A stretch of DNA of 34,773 nt from Basidiobolus ranarum (Eukaryota): positions 1 to 34,773 of the forward strand of contig JASJQH010000065.1 in NCBI GenBank assembly GCA_040143965.1, written 5' to 3'. The notes under the pieces are model-generated. The model searched no databases. It worked only from the letters and a program-made list of their open reading frames with translations, and was not told the origin of the DNA. Positions 1-13,751 of the stretch are shown here, piece by piece (position 1 is the stretch's first letter; each line of letters opens with the position of its first letter). Both the position numbers and the translations under genes were made by a program.

Positions 1-840
1 AAACTATAAATGTCAACTTTCTACTCAATAAATCAATAAGTGAAAACCACCAATTCCTCTAATTCTCCAAACCACTTCCAACAGGCTCCCAAATACTTTA
101 ACAGAAGTAAGCATTACCTAAACACCTATATAATCATATATTGCTTAGTATTTAATTCTTCTATATTCCACTAAGATATCTCCTAGTACTCTAAAGAGTA
201 ATTTGTTAATGTATTTGGGAGCCTGTTGGAAGTTGTTTGGAGAATTGGAGAAATTGGTGATTTTCACTTGTTGATTTATTGAGTATTCAGTTGATGTTTA
301 TAGTTTTGTCAAGATGTAAGAAAGCTAACATGTAGACTTTGCACAAATATTCCTGGGACCTTCCTTAGTGTTAAGGTATTTGGGAGCCTGTTGGAAGTGG
401 TTTGGAGAATTAGAGAGATTGGTGGTTTTCACTTATTGATTTATTGAGTAGAAAGTTGACATTTATAGTTTTTCAAGATGTAAATAAACTAGCATGTAGA
501 ATGTGATAAGGAAGGCCCCAGGAACATGTGTGCAAAGTCTGGGGCTTCTAGCACAAGTTATCAAAATCTATATATCTTCAAACTTCCAAGTAAATTCCTT
601 GTGAGTATAATGGATAATATCTTAGTGAATTATAAGATAACTAAGTACTAAGCTATATATGACTATATAGGTGTTTAGGCAATGCTAATTTTAACACTTA
701 GCACATTCTACATGTTAGTTTGCTTACATCTTGACAAAACTATAAATGTCAACTTTCTACTCAATAAATCAATAAGTGAAAACCACCAATTTCTCTAGTT
801 CTTCAAACCACTTACAACAGGATCTCAAAATACTTTAACA
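1..840. mobile_element. Nest of fragments of one LTR family
   Basis: A ~105-135 bp block (aaactataaatgtcaactttctactcaataaatc...ctttaaca) occurs at 1-103 (+), 205-~335 (-), 369-~505 (-) and ~702-840 (+). A second block (agcattrcctaaacacctatata...cactaagata) occurs at 109-198 (+) and ~590-687 (-). All pieces map onto the 369-696 element. Confidence 0.85.
369..696 (-). mobile_element. Solo LTR (328 bp) with 5-bp target-site duplication, probably Ty1/copia
   Basis: Termini are TGTTAA (369-374) and TTAACA (691-696), flanked by identical CTTAG at 364-368 and 697-701. On the minus strand a TATAAAT is followed by AATAAA about 70 bp before the end, giving the U3-R-U5 orientation. Removing it rejoins a collinear opposite-orientation copy (334-368 + 702-840). 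Confidence 0.85.
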
Positions 841-1150
841 GGATCAAATCTTTCAGTCATGGTAGAAAAAATTAACACCAACATAATGAATGACTAATGA
901 AATATTCGGTATTGACACTAGAATCCAAGATTCCAATCCTTTACAATAAGATTTAATGACTTTTTTTTTAGAATAAGGGTCAGATATTATTGGATTATCT
1001 CTACAAGAATTCATTTTGGTTAGCACACTATACCCTGTAGATGATAAACAATTGCCTTGAACAAAGAAAAGTGAAGGTCATACGTATCGCTATCAGTAAT
1101 AGGTTAAATGTGAAGGGTTGACATACATGGAATAGAATTGAACAAATATT

Positions 1151-3620
1151 TTAAGTTCGAGTTTTGAAGTTAATAGCTGGTCGATCATCCTCTTCATCAT
1201 AACCATTCACATTAATCGGGAATTCACTACCATTAACGTATGAATGTATACCAGGGGAGCCAGGAGCAGATAGGGGTGAAGCCATTTTATCAAAGCTTTC
1301 AAATTCTTCTTCAAAATGGGAGAAAGAGTGAGGGTAACGACGACGAAGTGCCAATTGTCTGGCTTTCATGTATTCAATACCCATACGTTTCCAGTCCAAT
1401 AAATCTGATAGACGTTCGGTTCGATTTCTTTGATTGATTCGTTGTCTTCGTGATTTTTGACAGAATTCGAACATTTGGTCGGAAAGTTGTTGAACTGACT
1501 CTTCTACGGACTTCATTCGACGGTCAACAATATAGATACCATAATCTGAAGGGTTCTCAATACCATCATCCATGAAGCACCCAAACCCTGATAAGTTCGT
1601 GGTAATCGAAGGAACCCCCATTACTGTACATTCCGCCGGTGTATATCCCCTAGAACAAGTAAAGATGAATACAATGATTTCAAAGATACTTGAGTAGCAA
1701 AAGCCCTACCATGGTTCGTAATAGCTTGGGAACACTCCTAGATGACAGCCACGTACAAATTCCTCATAATCTAAGCCAAGGACCGGATTATTGGAATTCA
1801 AGAATTCGGGGTGATACACAACCTTTACTCTATCGCCGGGATGATTGAATAAATGCAATTTTCGTAATGTATTCAGGATAGGGTCTTGAGAGTCATCAGC
1901 CATATTATGAGTAACAATGGGGGGAAGTGTATTTCTCTTCAATGTAAGCACTCTATGCTTTAAGAAGACTTTCTCTTCTTCGGTCAGTAAATCTTCTCCA
2001 CCTGGTTCATGCCCTCTATAAAAGTGAATATTGTATTAGCTTGACTTGAAGATCTACATTGCTACCACGACATACCTTGCGGCCTGTTCAAACAAACGCT
2101 TTCCAATTCGCTGTTGAATATCATCAACAGTATCCTTTAGCTGCTTCGTTAATGCTTGCCCTTTAAGAGTTTCTACAGTATAAGAATGGGTAGCAGCTGG
2201 CATGACAACAAAAGCAACCACTGTGATAGTGGAGTTAGATGATCTAAGCCGATGATTTAAACCTGTGAAATGAAGATATTTAAGTAAACAAAGATCTAAG
2301 AATGACATGACGGAATACTCACGAGCCAATCCCTCAAGGAACATATCAACTCCTTTATTACGAAACTCGTAACGGCCTGCTGTAAAGAAGTACAGCGTGT
2401 TATTCAGTTCAAAATCATAATGTCTAGAGAGTAAATGGTTAGATGATTGGAACCGTGAGGAGAACAAGTAATTACTAACCCATAGAAATGTCCGCGTACA
2501 AAGTTATGAATCTTTGCTTTGGACATGGCATGCATATTTTGGAATTCATGAATAGCACTAGAATGTCATAAGTATTATTTAGCTGACTAAAATCTCAAGC
2601 ATTGCTTTATGAACAAACCTGAATTTCTTGACATTCAAACCATTCGGAAGAACTCCATCTAGTTGGATAGAGCATTGTCAGCATCATTGATCGGATAAAT
2701 AGAAATTATAACCCTACCAGGCTTCCTCTTGAGTAAGTGCTCTGCTTCGTAAGCAGTAATATGACTGACAGTGGTCAGAACATCTGCGCAGTGAGATGCG
2801 GCTCTCTCCAGGCAATATCGATGGTAAATATTCCGTTTTCCAGCCTCATGATCCACATCAAAGAAACGTAAGTGGTTATAAAAATCCACGTTACCAGCGC
2901 ACAAATAACGCCCCAAAAGGGTAGCGTGAGTGGTGAAAATGGTAGCCACATCAATTTGACGTTTGCTACATAAAATAAGCCCAACTCCAGCTAACCATTC
3001 ATGAAAATGGGCCACAACGGCAGTGTGCGTTTGTCGTGATACGTACTTGAATATATTTATGTTAGATACATTAACATGAAATAAGTCTTGGTACATATAT
3101 CCTGCAACTTCATACCTCACCCAAAAACCAAGCCACCTGGTACCCTAAAAGAATAGCTTCGTTAGTTTCAGCGTCGTTTGGAGGTGAAGGAATTCCCGCT
3201 GTCTTCCACAAGTCTCCTTTCCATTCATCCAATTTATGACTAATAGCACCACAGTCAAATAAAAGTACATGAGGTGCACCCTCCACTAGCCAACGACCAT
3301 AAAGATATTTGACTCCATGTTCTTTCATAACCTCTAGGGTTTGTTTGATATAGGGATCTTCAGGCTCAAGAGATTCCACTTCCATAGGTGCAGATTTATA
3401 AGACAGTGGACCGATGAGTGTATAACGACCTTCATACTCTTGCACAGTTACTGGAACCTTGGTCTTGATAACGGTGTAGATACCTCCAACTAAACCATAA
3501 AAGTCCCAGTTTGATACGCGGGTTTTTACCAAAAACACGTAAAAGAGAAATACCTTTATTTGCCACCTCCCAAGCTATTTCAAAGAGGATAGGACTTTGC
3601 ACGTCGCGGTGACCGGACAT
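1151..3620 (-). CDS. GSY1: Glycogen synthase (GT3), 9 exons
   Basis: Motifs [63 protein letters not shown] and [20 protein letters not shown]. Exons 3620-3554, 3489-3116, 3045-2718, 2658-2619, 2557-2480, 2423-2323, 2262-2076, 2015-1710, 1649-1151 splice in frame with GT-AG introns. Confidence 0.97.
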
Positions 3621-4370
3621 GTTTACAATGGATTTTTCAAAATAAACCTAATACAATGTTGGGTAAAATGAGCCCAAGTATATCGTCTGTTCTCTGCTGA
3701 AGGTAACGAATGATTAAAAGAGAGTCGCAACTGAAAGTGGGTTATTTGAGATGGATTGATAGATAGACATGGTGGCTGAGATAAAATTCGACTGATAGGT
3801 GTGACGACATGACTGGCAGTTTGATGGGAAATCCTAAACCAGTTCTTTATCTTACGATGATGTAAAAGGATGAATTGCACTGGATTCCTGTGAATTCCTG
3901 ATGCTGTTTATTTTGATCGTTTATCTAGCATCAGACATTTCCTTTTTAGTTGAAGTTAGTGGCGGATATACTTATTGGCTTATCTTGAGGAATCAGACGA
4001 TCTTTCGATTGTGTGGCTTAATTGTATTTGAAACGGCGTAACAGTCGTACTCTAATAATGATTAACTCTAAGCTGAGCAAATACAGGAACAATGTTACGA
4101 GGATGTGGCAGTAGTGTTTAGGTGAGCTATCTTCTCAATCAGGATCTTAAATGTCGTTATGGGAGCACCTCTTTTAATAATGAAATAAATAATATTAACG
4201 CTTTATTTCTTCGTTCTAGGGGAAATGATCGTGGAGTGGGTTGAAATCAAAACAAATGCGAATACTCTACTACTATGCTAACAGACAAGAGTATCACAAC
4301 AGGTCACAAGTTACTAAAGATACAATCAGTTGCAGATAATTGGAAGACTCATCTGAAAACATTGAATATC

Positions 4371-6249
<1,879 letters not shown>

Positions 6250-6652
6250 TTACTTTAAGAAAATAACGAGTGGACTTTTTTGTTTACAAATACAAAGTTG
6301 GTTTTTAAATAGGATTTGAGATGATCAAATACGGCATTTATACCAAATTTTTATTTATCGGAATCTTTGCTAGTTGTTTGTATATGAGACTACCCAACAA
6401 ACCATAGTATTTCAGATTTCAGTTTAATGTTGAACTTCCTAATAAATAACTAACCATAAATAATAAGCCATTACACAAGAACAGATTTGAGAGATTCATG
6501 AATTTATCTTAACAGTATCTATTACATAGCAAATACAGTTGAGTCTGGGGAAACTAACCCTGAATACTCGCGCGAGGAAAATATGAAAGTTTGTTTATAA
6601 TAGCTCCTCGACCATTAAGTGTGAAGATAGATGGCGGTGATTTCGACATCAT

Positions 6653-7528
6653 CTACAGGTAGTCTGCCGATTTTCTGACAATACGTTGAACTTTCTTTTT
6701 GAATGTAGGGTAGTCTTCACGCCATTCTTTGGCTGCTTCGATATTAGCTGGTGATTCATCGTTAGGACTAGAGAGCATAGATATTACGCTGATCAAAATG
6801 GTCTCTACAGTATGAACTGGAAGCCAGCGTTCGTTCGCTTGTTCGTACCCATATTTATCTTCACCTGGAGGATGCTACAGGGACATATCGTTAAATCAAG
6901 TGGCATGGAATATATGCTACGATACTAACATACCAAGATAGAGATGCAAACTTCACCATCAGGATATACTATCAAAAAATCATCATTTAGAGAAATACTA
7001 GGCTTTGAAAGCACTTATAACAACTACCATTAGGATGCCATAATTCGGTCACAAATCTCAACTTTGGAGGCATCAAAGGGTAATCCTATAAACATGTAGG
7101 ATTAGATTAAAATATTTATCATATCAAATAACGAAATTCAACTAACAGTAGGGAAAGACAATCTAGCGGTAAAGAAGCCACCCTCACTATATCATTCGGA
7201 GGTATCAGAATATCTACTACTAAAGTAAATGAAATATTGAAAAAAAACCCTTACTAAAGAGTGTCTGGAGGGCCAAGTATCATTACTTCCCACTGACAAA
7301 AACATGTTAGCTTTTAAATGATAGCATAATGATAAATAATAAGGAAGAATACCTCGTAGATATTATCATCGTTAACCAAACCAGCAGAAAATCCCTCCAC
7401 AGGATGTTTGGTGAGTTCTAAAAGCGAAGAATCATAAGGAGAGTTGTTCTGAGGAAGAACACAGGTATTTTGAAAAAGCTACCTCTGAGCTGCCTTCTAA
7501 GTAGAAGGACGGATTGTTCTTGTGCCAT
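6653..7528 (-). CDS. Ubiquitin-conjugating enzyme E2, UBE2G1/Ubc7/Cdc34-like subfamily, 7 exons (missed by the ORF track)
   Basis: Spliced protein MAQEQSVLLLRRQLRELTKHPVEGFSAGL...[50 protein letters not shown]...RKSADYL*. It has the HPN motif, catalytic Cys and acidic-loop insertion. Exons 7528-7483, 7417-7353, 7292-7255, 7186-7147, 7085-7028, 6968-6934, 6874-6653. Confidence 0.95.
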
Positions 7529-8038
7529 ATTGTATTATCAAACTACTATTACTTGAAATATCTAGAGGACCAATATCTATGTTATAGAGTTTGAAAAACA
7601 AACACCCTCAAGGGATTTTTTCAATCGGCGACACGGGAACGTATTGCATGAAGTTAAGCAATCTTTAAGTCAAACTGGTTGATGTCTAACATCTCTACGT
7701 ACTGAAACTGGACACATTCGAAAAAGAGAAATGCATGATTACTAACCATTTTTTTACACTAAAATGCTTTTGATGCGTAAATTAGTACTACTTGGAGCAA
7801 AAATATGGAGGATTGATAAAAAGGGTATACGCAATCAATTCTTTGCCATGACGCAGGTATTTGTATTGTACGTAATCTAAGCTGCCGATTTTTGTTCAGC
7901 CAGACTATCAGTTATTCTCTATAACGTCACTTTTGACTCAAGAGGTAGATTATTACAATACTGTTGGGAAGCCTACATAGTTTTAACATACGTATAACTC
8001 CTCTTATTTAATATATTTCCAACTAGAAGATTACTACC
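7529..8038. promoter_or_regulatory. Shared divergent promoter region between the E2 and proteasome beta-5 genes
   Basis: 510 bp between two head-to-head ATGs. It contains TGACTCA (7934-7940) and several T(G/T)ACG(C/T)A-like bZIP-type motifs. Confidence 0.55.
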
Positions 8039-9264
<1,226 letters not shown>

Positions 9265-9528
9265 GGAGATTATTACTTTGGCCATTAATTTTATGTTCCT
9301 TTCTTGACATGTATTTTCTCCTTGCTTTCTTCTCTCTACCACCACCGCCACACAAAAGCTCATTATAACTAAATATCGATAATTTATCATCATGTTTCCC
9401 AGGGTATTTATTCTATACGCTTATTTAGCAAACATAATATATAGTCAGCAATAGCTCGTGGCGCGCTGTGTAACGAAAGCCAATAATATGTGTTAATATA
9501 CTTCCAAGTAACTGTAGATAGATGTTTC

Positions 9529-10305
9529 CTATTGCAAAGATCCAAACAGCGTTTTTTTGACGCACACAGATCCATGCTCTAATTCCAGCATGACACATTC
9601 CTCAGAGAGTGGCTGTGTTGGAGTACCATTCGTTTGAGCTGCTAGTTCATCCGAGTTATTCATATCTTGATCAACATTAGCACTTGGAGCTGTTTCTCCA
9701 CTTTTTTCATCGCTTTGTTCAGAGAGGTTAGGCTCACTGATCGTGGAGGGATCGAGACTTCCAGGTTCACTAGCCACATCATTGAGGTTTTGTTGTTCTT
9801 GGTCAGGTTTGTCGAGTTCACTGGACTCTGTTTCACGGGCCCAAAACCTTGTCTGATCTTCTTGAGGAGCTTTGGAATCGACGGAGTCGAGTTGTGTTGG
9901 TTGAAGATCAGCCTCGTTGGTATTAGTAAACACCTCCTCTCCGTCGAGTTCGTTGGGTCTTCCTAAACGCTCAGAATTCTGTTCAAGTTCCGGAGCTTCT
10001 GGATTACTGTGTGGAGCTTCATTCCTGAAGAAGGTTGGCTGCCCGAAGTCTTCTAAATCCGCTTGCTGAGGATTTCTGAACCTTGCATTCTCTGTAGGTT
10101 CTATAAAGTGGGATTTTCTGTTTACCGAAGATGAACGGAAGCCAGGCGGCCTTCTCAGAAAAGGTCTCCTTCTAAAGCGATCAGAAACGGGTCGCCTTCC
10201 ATGACTTGGTCTTCGATGCCAACGATCCCGAGAGAATGGTTCTTGAGGCATGACTGAGAGACTACCAAAGATTAGTAGAATGAAGGCTAGAATGAAGAAT
10301 TGCAT
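9529..10305 (-). CDS. Hypothetical secreted protein, 258 aa, intronless
   Basis: Long ORF with a hydrophobic signal-peptide-like N-terminus (MQFFILAFILLIFGSLSV), an Arg/Pro-rich segment, a long acidic disordered region and a C-terminal two-Cys motif. TATA-like TATATTTAAA lies about 50 nt upstream on the minus strand. Confidence 0.75.
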   Translation of the reverse strand: MQFFILAFILLIFGSLSVMPQEPFSRDRWHRRPSHGRRPVSDRFRRRPFLRRPPGFRSSSVNRKSHFIEPTENARFRNPQQADLEDFGQPTFFRNEAPHSNPEAPELEQNSERLGRPNELDGEEVFTNTNEADLQPTQLDSVDSKAPQEDQTRFWARETESSELDKPDQEQQNLNDVASEPGSLDPSTISEPNLSEQSDEKSGETAPSANVDQDMNNSDELAAQTNGTPTQPLSEECVMLELEHGSVCVKKTLFGSLQ

Positions 10306-10739
10306 AGCTATTGCGATATCACTTGAATTTTGACAACTTGGAATGGTTTAGGTTTAAATATAGACGGCATCTGAGCCTAATTTGATGGTCAGTGTCAGTG
10401 TTCATCGGACATTTACGTAGTTCAAGTCTTCTTTTGTAAATCTAACAGGATTACAATAGGAGCATCAGTATAATACTCAGCTAATAATGCGTAGCTTTAC
10501 TGATATTTTCTGCCTCTACCAAAGCCATAGATAGTTTCAAATTCTTTACTTCCTGCAGATCTTCAATATCTCCTCATGAAGTCTGTGTTGAGAGAAATGG
10601 CCATGTAGATCCATTCTGCACTCAAGCAGCTTTCAACCATTTCGTCCACCATTGTGTAACACAATATACTAAGTCATGTCGTGATCCTGATCCTGATCGG
10701 TCATTGGAATGTTCCGAAGGCTATAGTCAATACGCAAAT

Positions 10740-10769
10740 ACATCCCACATCCCACATCCCACATCCCAC
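10740..10769. repeat. 7-bp microsatellite (ACATCCC)x4
   Basis: acatcccacatcccacatcccacatcccac read directly. Confidence 0.9.
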
Positions 10770-10959
10770 TATCCTTTGAGAATATATGCTCTCAAGCAAT
10801 CTACAAGATCTGATAGGCATTGGAGAACCTAAGCCTCCACTCAACCCTGGTTAAAGCTAGATTGAGATCTTCCCAAAGGTATGGTTGAAAGATACGGTTG
10901 ATCGATCAAGCGACTTGGAAGAAGTGAACGCTAAATAGGTTAAATCTCTGCAGTAAAGA

Positions 10960-11009
10960 AAGTCACTTCTGACATCCATTATTCAAGTCACTTCTGACAT
11001 CCATTATTC
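10960..11009. repeat. Perfect 25-bp tandem duplication
   Basis: AAGTCACTTCTGACATCCATTATTC at 10960-10984 and 10985-11009. Confidence 0.95.
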
Positions 11010-11613
11010 CCGTTGTTACGATCTTACTTTGTTGCGAAAGCTCTTCATGTGCGTTTTAATACTGACACCATCACTCCTTGTGGTGTATCAGACCCCCTTC
11101 GAAATGAAATTCTCGATTTTTTTATGATGGGGATCCCATATCCCCATCTTTTGATCCCACTACAGGGATGGGAAAATTTACTCCAGTGATATTATTGTTG
11201 AGGAATTGGCAAGAATGAAATCCCGGATAATAATGATCACGGATAATTTTATTAAACGTAGTCATAAAATTAACCGGCATATCCCCTGACTGTCAGCCAT
11301 TTGGAAATCCCAGATAACATTCGATTTCTCACTTTCTCGACAGCTTCCTTATTATTATTTGGCTTAGGTCGTGTTTTCCGCGTAGTTTTTCTCGTTGACA
11401 CGATAAGTAATACCTGTCCCATTCTAAGAAAGGTTACTTCTTCTTAGTTGCTGGTTTTATTCACACTTGGTACATACTTTCCCCTTATTTTCCTATATAT
11501 CCAATGAGTTGACTCCCACTGATATACAATGTCTATAATAACACTGTACTTACCACTTTTTACAAAACACCCAAAGGTATTTTAACCGTGATAACCTTGT
11601 CTTAGCCTTCAAA

Positions 11614-13114
11614 ATGGAAGTCAGTGAATTCTTAAGAAAATGTAAATTGGAACAGTACATAGATACCTTCATCTCCGAAGGTTTTGATCAGCTCAAATCG
11701 GTAAGAGTATCACTTGTGCTGAAAACAACCACTGTCCATGGATATTCCCCTTGCTGACTCTATTATCCATAGCTTCTTGAAATAACTGAGAGTGACCTAG
11801 CTGCTATGGATGTAAAACGAGGTCATCGTAGGGTAAAGTATTAGTCAGATGGAATGTCGTAAAATAGCCCTGAGATTGATGAATTTCCCTTCCATCACTT
11901 TAGCTTCTGCAACGGGAAATAGCTAGTGTCAGAGGCGTACCAAGTTCACATCCTATAGGACTTCCGTTAGTCTCCTCTGATGGAACGTTTCTATCTATGA
12001 GTGATGCCGGTAAAGTAGAGAAGTTTATTTTATTTAGTATGGGGAATACAAGCTGAGGTTACTCCATTTTCCTCTCTTTGGTTTTTATAAAAATCTAGTT
12101 GACTTATAATAATCTATTCCTAAACGTATGCTGATATCTGGAACTCTTCTTTTATCTCATTCAGCAATGTCATCGTTACCAATGCATCAGCTTTCACCAA
12201 ATTCCGGAGATATGAGTCCCGATGCCAATGGAAACAAAAGGAAATACAGACGACATCCTAAACCGGACAAGAATGCACCGGAGAAACCTCCTTCTGCATA
12301 TGTGATGTTTTCTAATAAAGTTAGGAATGAGTTGAAAGATCAAAATATGTCGTTTACAGAGATCGCCAAGATAGTGGGAGATCGATGGAAATCCATTAGT
12401 CCTGAGGAGAAAGATGAAGTGGAACGTAGTGCTGCCAAAGCAAAGGAAGAATATTACGAGTCGCTTAGAACATACAAGGAGACGGAAGAATATAAGGTAG
12501 TTCAACTAAATCTACAAAATCATTTCAATTTATTTCACTTCTCAACTAGGCACTACAACTATTTCAGGAGTATCAAAGTTACCTGGAAGATTTCAGGAAA
12601 AAGTCTGGAAGCTGTGGTAAGATACCGTTCTCATTCATTTCTTTACACGATTTGTAGTCATTGAGCCCAAAGTCTCTTCACAGTTCGGCCGGTTGGAAGA
12701 CCCAGAAAACATCCCAAGACAGAAGATAGCCCAGACGCATCATCAGTACTTCAACATCCTACAAGTATTCCGAATGTTGTGAGCGTTCCACATATTCCAA
12801 ATGTTAATGGGGTTCCAGGTATATCTCATGAGCAAACACTGCAGAATGGTGTCCCCCCACAAAACGTTCAGAATGTGCAAAATCTTCGGGATGTTTCTGG
12901 TGTACACAACGTTCAAGATCTCCCGCACGTGCAGAATGGTGACAAGCACCCAGGGCCGAACCACAATCATAATAACAGCAATCATGAGCAAGATATTAGC
13001 CTTGAGTTCGTGGTTAGTCAACCAGGCCAAACCTTAATCACATAATTTAGCCTTTTTAACCAATCTCTAATTAGCCTTACCCGTACATGCTGTTTTAGCA
13101 ACACTTTCGAATGA
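11614..13114 (+). CDS. SAM domain + HMG-box + AT-hook protein, 6-7 exons; 3' end uncertain (13045, 13114 or 13143)
   Basis: Exons 11614-11700, 11773-11832 and 11904-12009 encode a SAM domain (MEVSEFLRKCKLEQYIDTFISEGFDQLKSLLEITESDLAAMDVKRGHRRLLQREI). Exons 12165-12496 and 12568-12616 encode an HMGB-type box (PDKNAPEKPPSAYVMF...EIAKIVGDRWK). The exon from 12684 starts with the AT-hook RPVGRPRKHPK. A GTTCGT donor at 13006, a donor type used elsewhere in the window, would give ...DISLDNTFE*. Confidence 0.85.
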
Positions 13115-13751
13115 CAGCTCCCCGGCATGGATTCCTGGTATGAAAACATGATCATAATGGACTGTTCTTATGTTTTGTCATTACCCCAATTTATCGATGA
13201 AAAGGAGTTAACGCACCGAAGATGCATTATCAACGGATAAGCATTATCTTGATGTATAATTTCTATTTATTTTTGATCTTGAAGTTTATAGAGCTTAGAT
13301 CCCTCCAATTTTTCTTCCTTTTCTCACTTCCCAATGGCCACTTTAGCACTTTCATTGTTTCAATCAGTCCGCTTTTCCATTGCTTTACTATAACTATTAT
13401 CGATTTTATTTTCTTTTTCTTTTCATTCGAACCATCGCTTTTCATGTCTCCCACTCCTTCCCTTTCTTTCATTCCAGCTGAAACTATATGGTATGAGGAT
13501 CAGTTGTAAATAAAATCATTCGATCAGGAGCACAGTGACTGTCACAACCATTTGAACGTGAGTGAGTCCACCAGCATCGACAGAAGAGCAACTAGCGAGA
13601 TTCCAAAGCAAATTCGCGTGAAAAGGAGATGAAGAAAGTATGGATTTATTTACATGAAAAACATCGTATGAAGGGTGGTTGGTATAAGAGAAGAAATTGT
13701 GAATGATGAATAGGTGATGGGGAAGCGGAAGGAGAGGGTGAAGTGAATGAT

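Noticed and set aside
1-840. CRISPR array, satellite or fold-back MITE
   Set aside because: The units are over 100 bp, in mixed orientation and irregularly spaced. They are fully explained as nested LTR pieces with a 5-bp TSD.
3559-3567. Perfect PACE element TTTGCCACC
   Set aside because: It lies inside glycogen synthase exon 1 (codons for EVAN) and is explained by protein constraint.
9667-9966. Antisense and alternative-frame ORFs (also 1240-1437, 12194-12505, 12743-13030, 25455-25730, 27850-28041, 29248-29544, 32026-32349)
   Set aside because: These are shadows of real CDSs with no independent coding signal.
11614-13114. HMG gene as a Mucorales-type sexP/sexM mating-type locus
   Set aside because: The box is HMGB/NHP6-like (DKNAPEKPPSAY), not MATA_HMG-like. 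It is intron-containing and fused to SAM, and no triose-phosphate transporter or RNA helicase gene flanks it.
13222-13509. ORFs of 95 aa (+) and 69 aa (-)
   Set aside because: Low-complexity pyrimidine-rich sequence in the 3' region between convergent genes, with no domain features.
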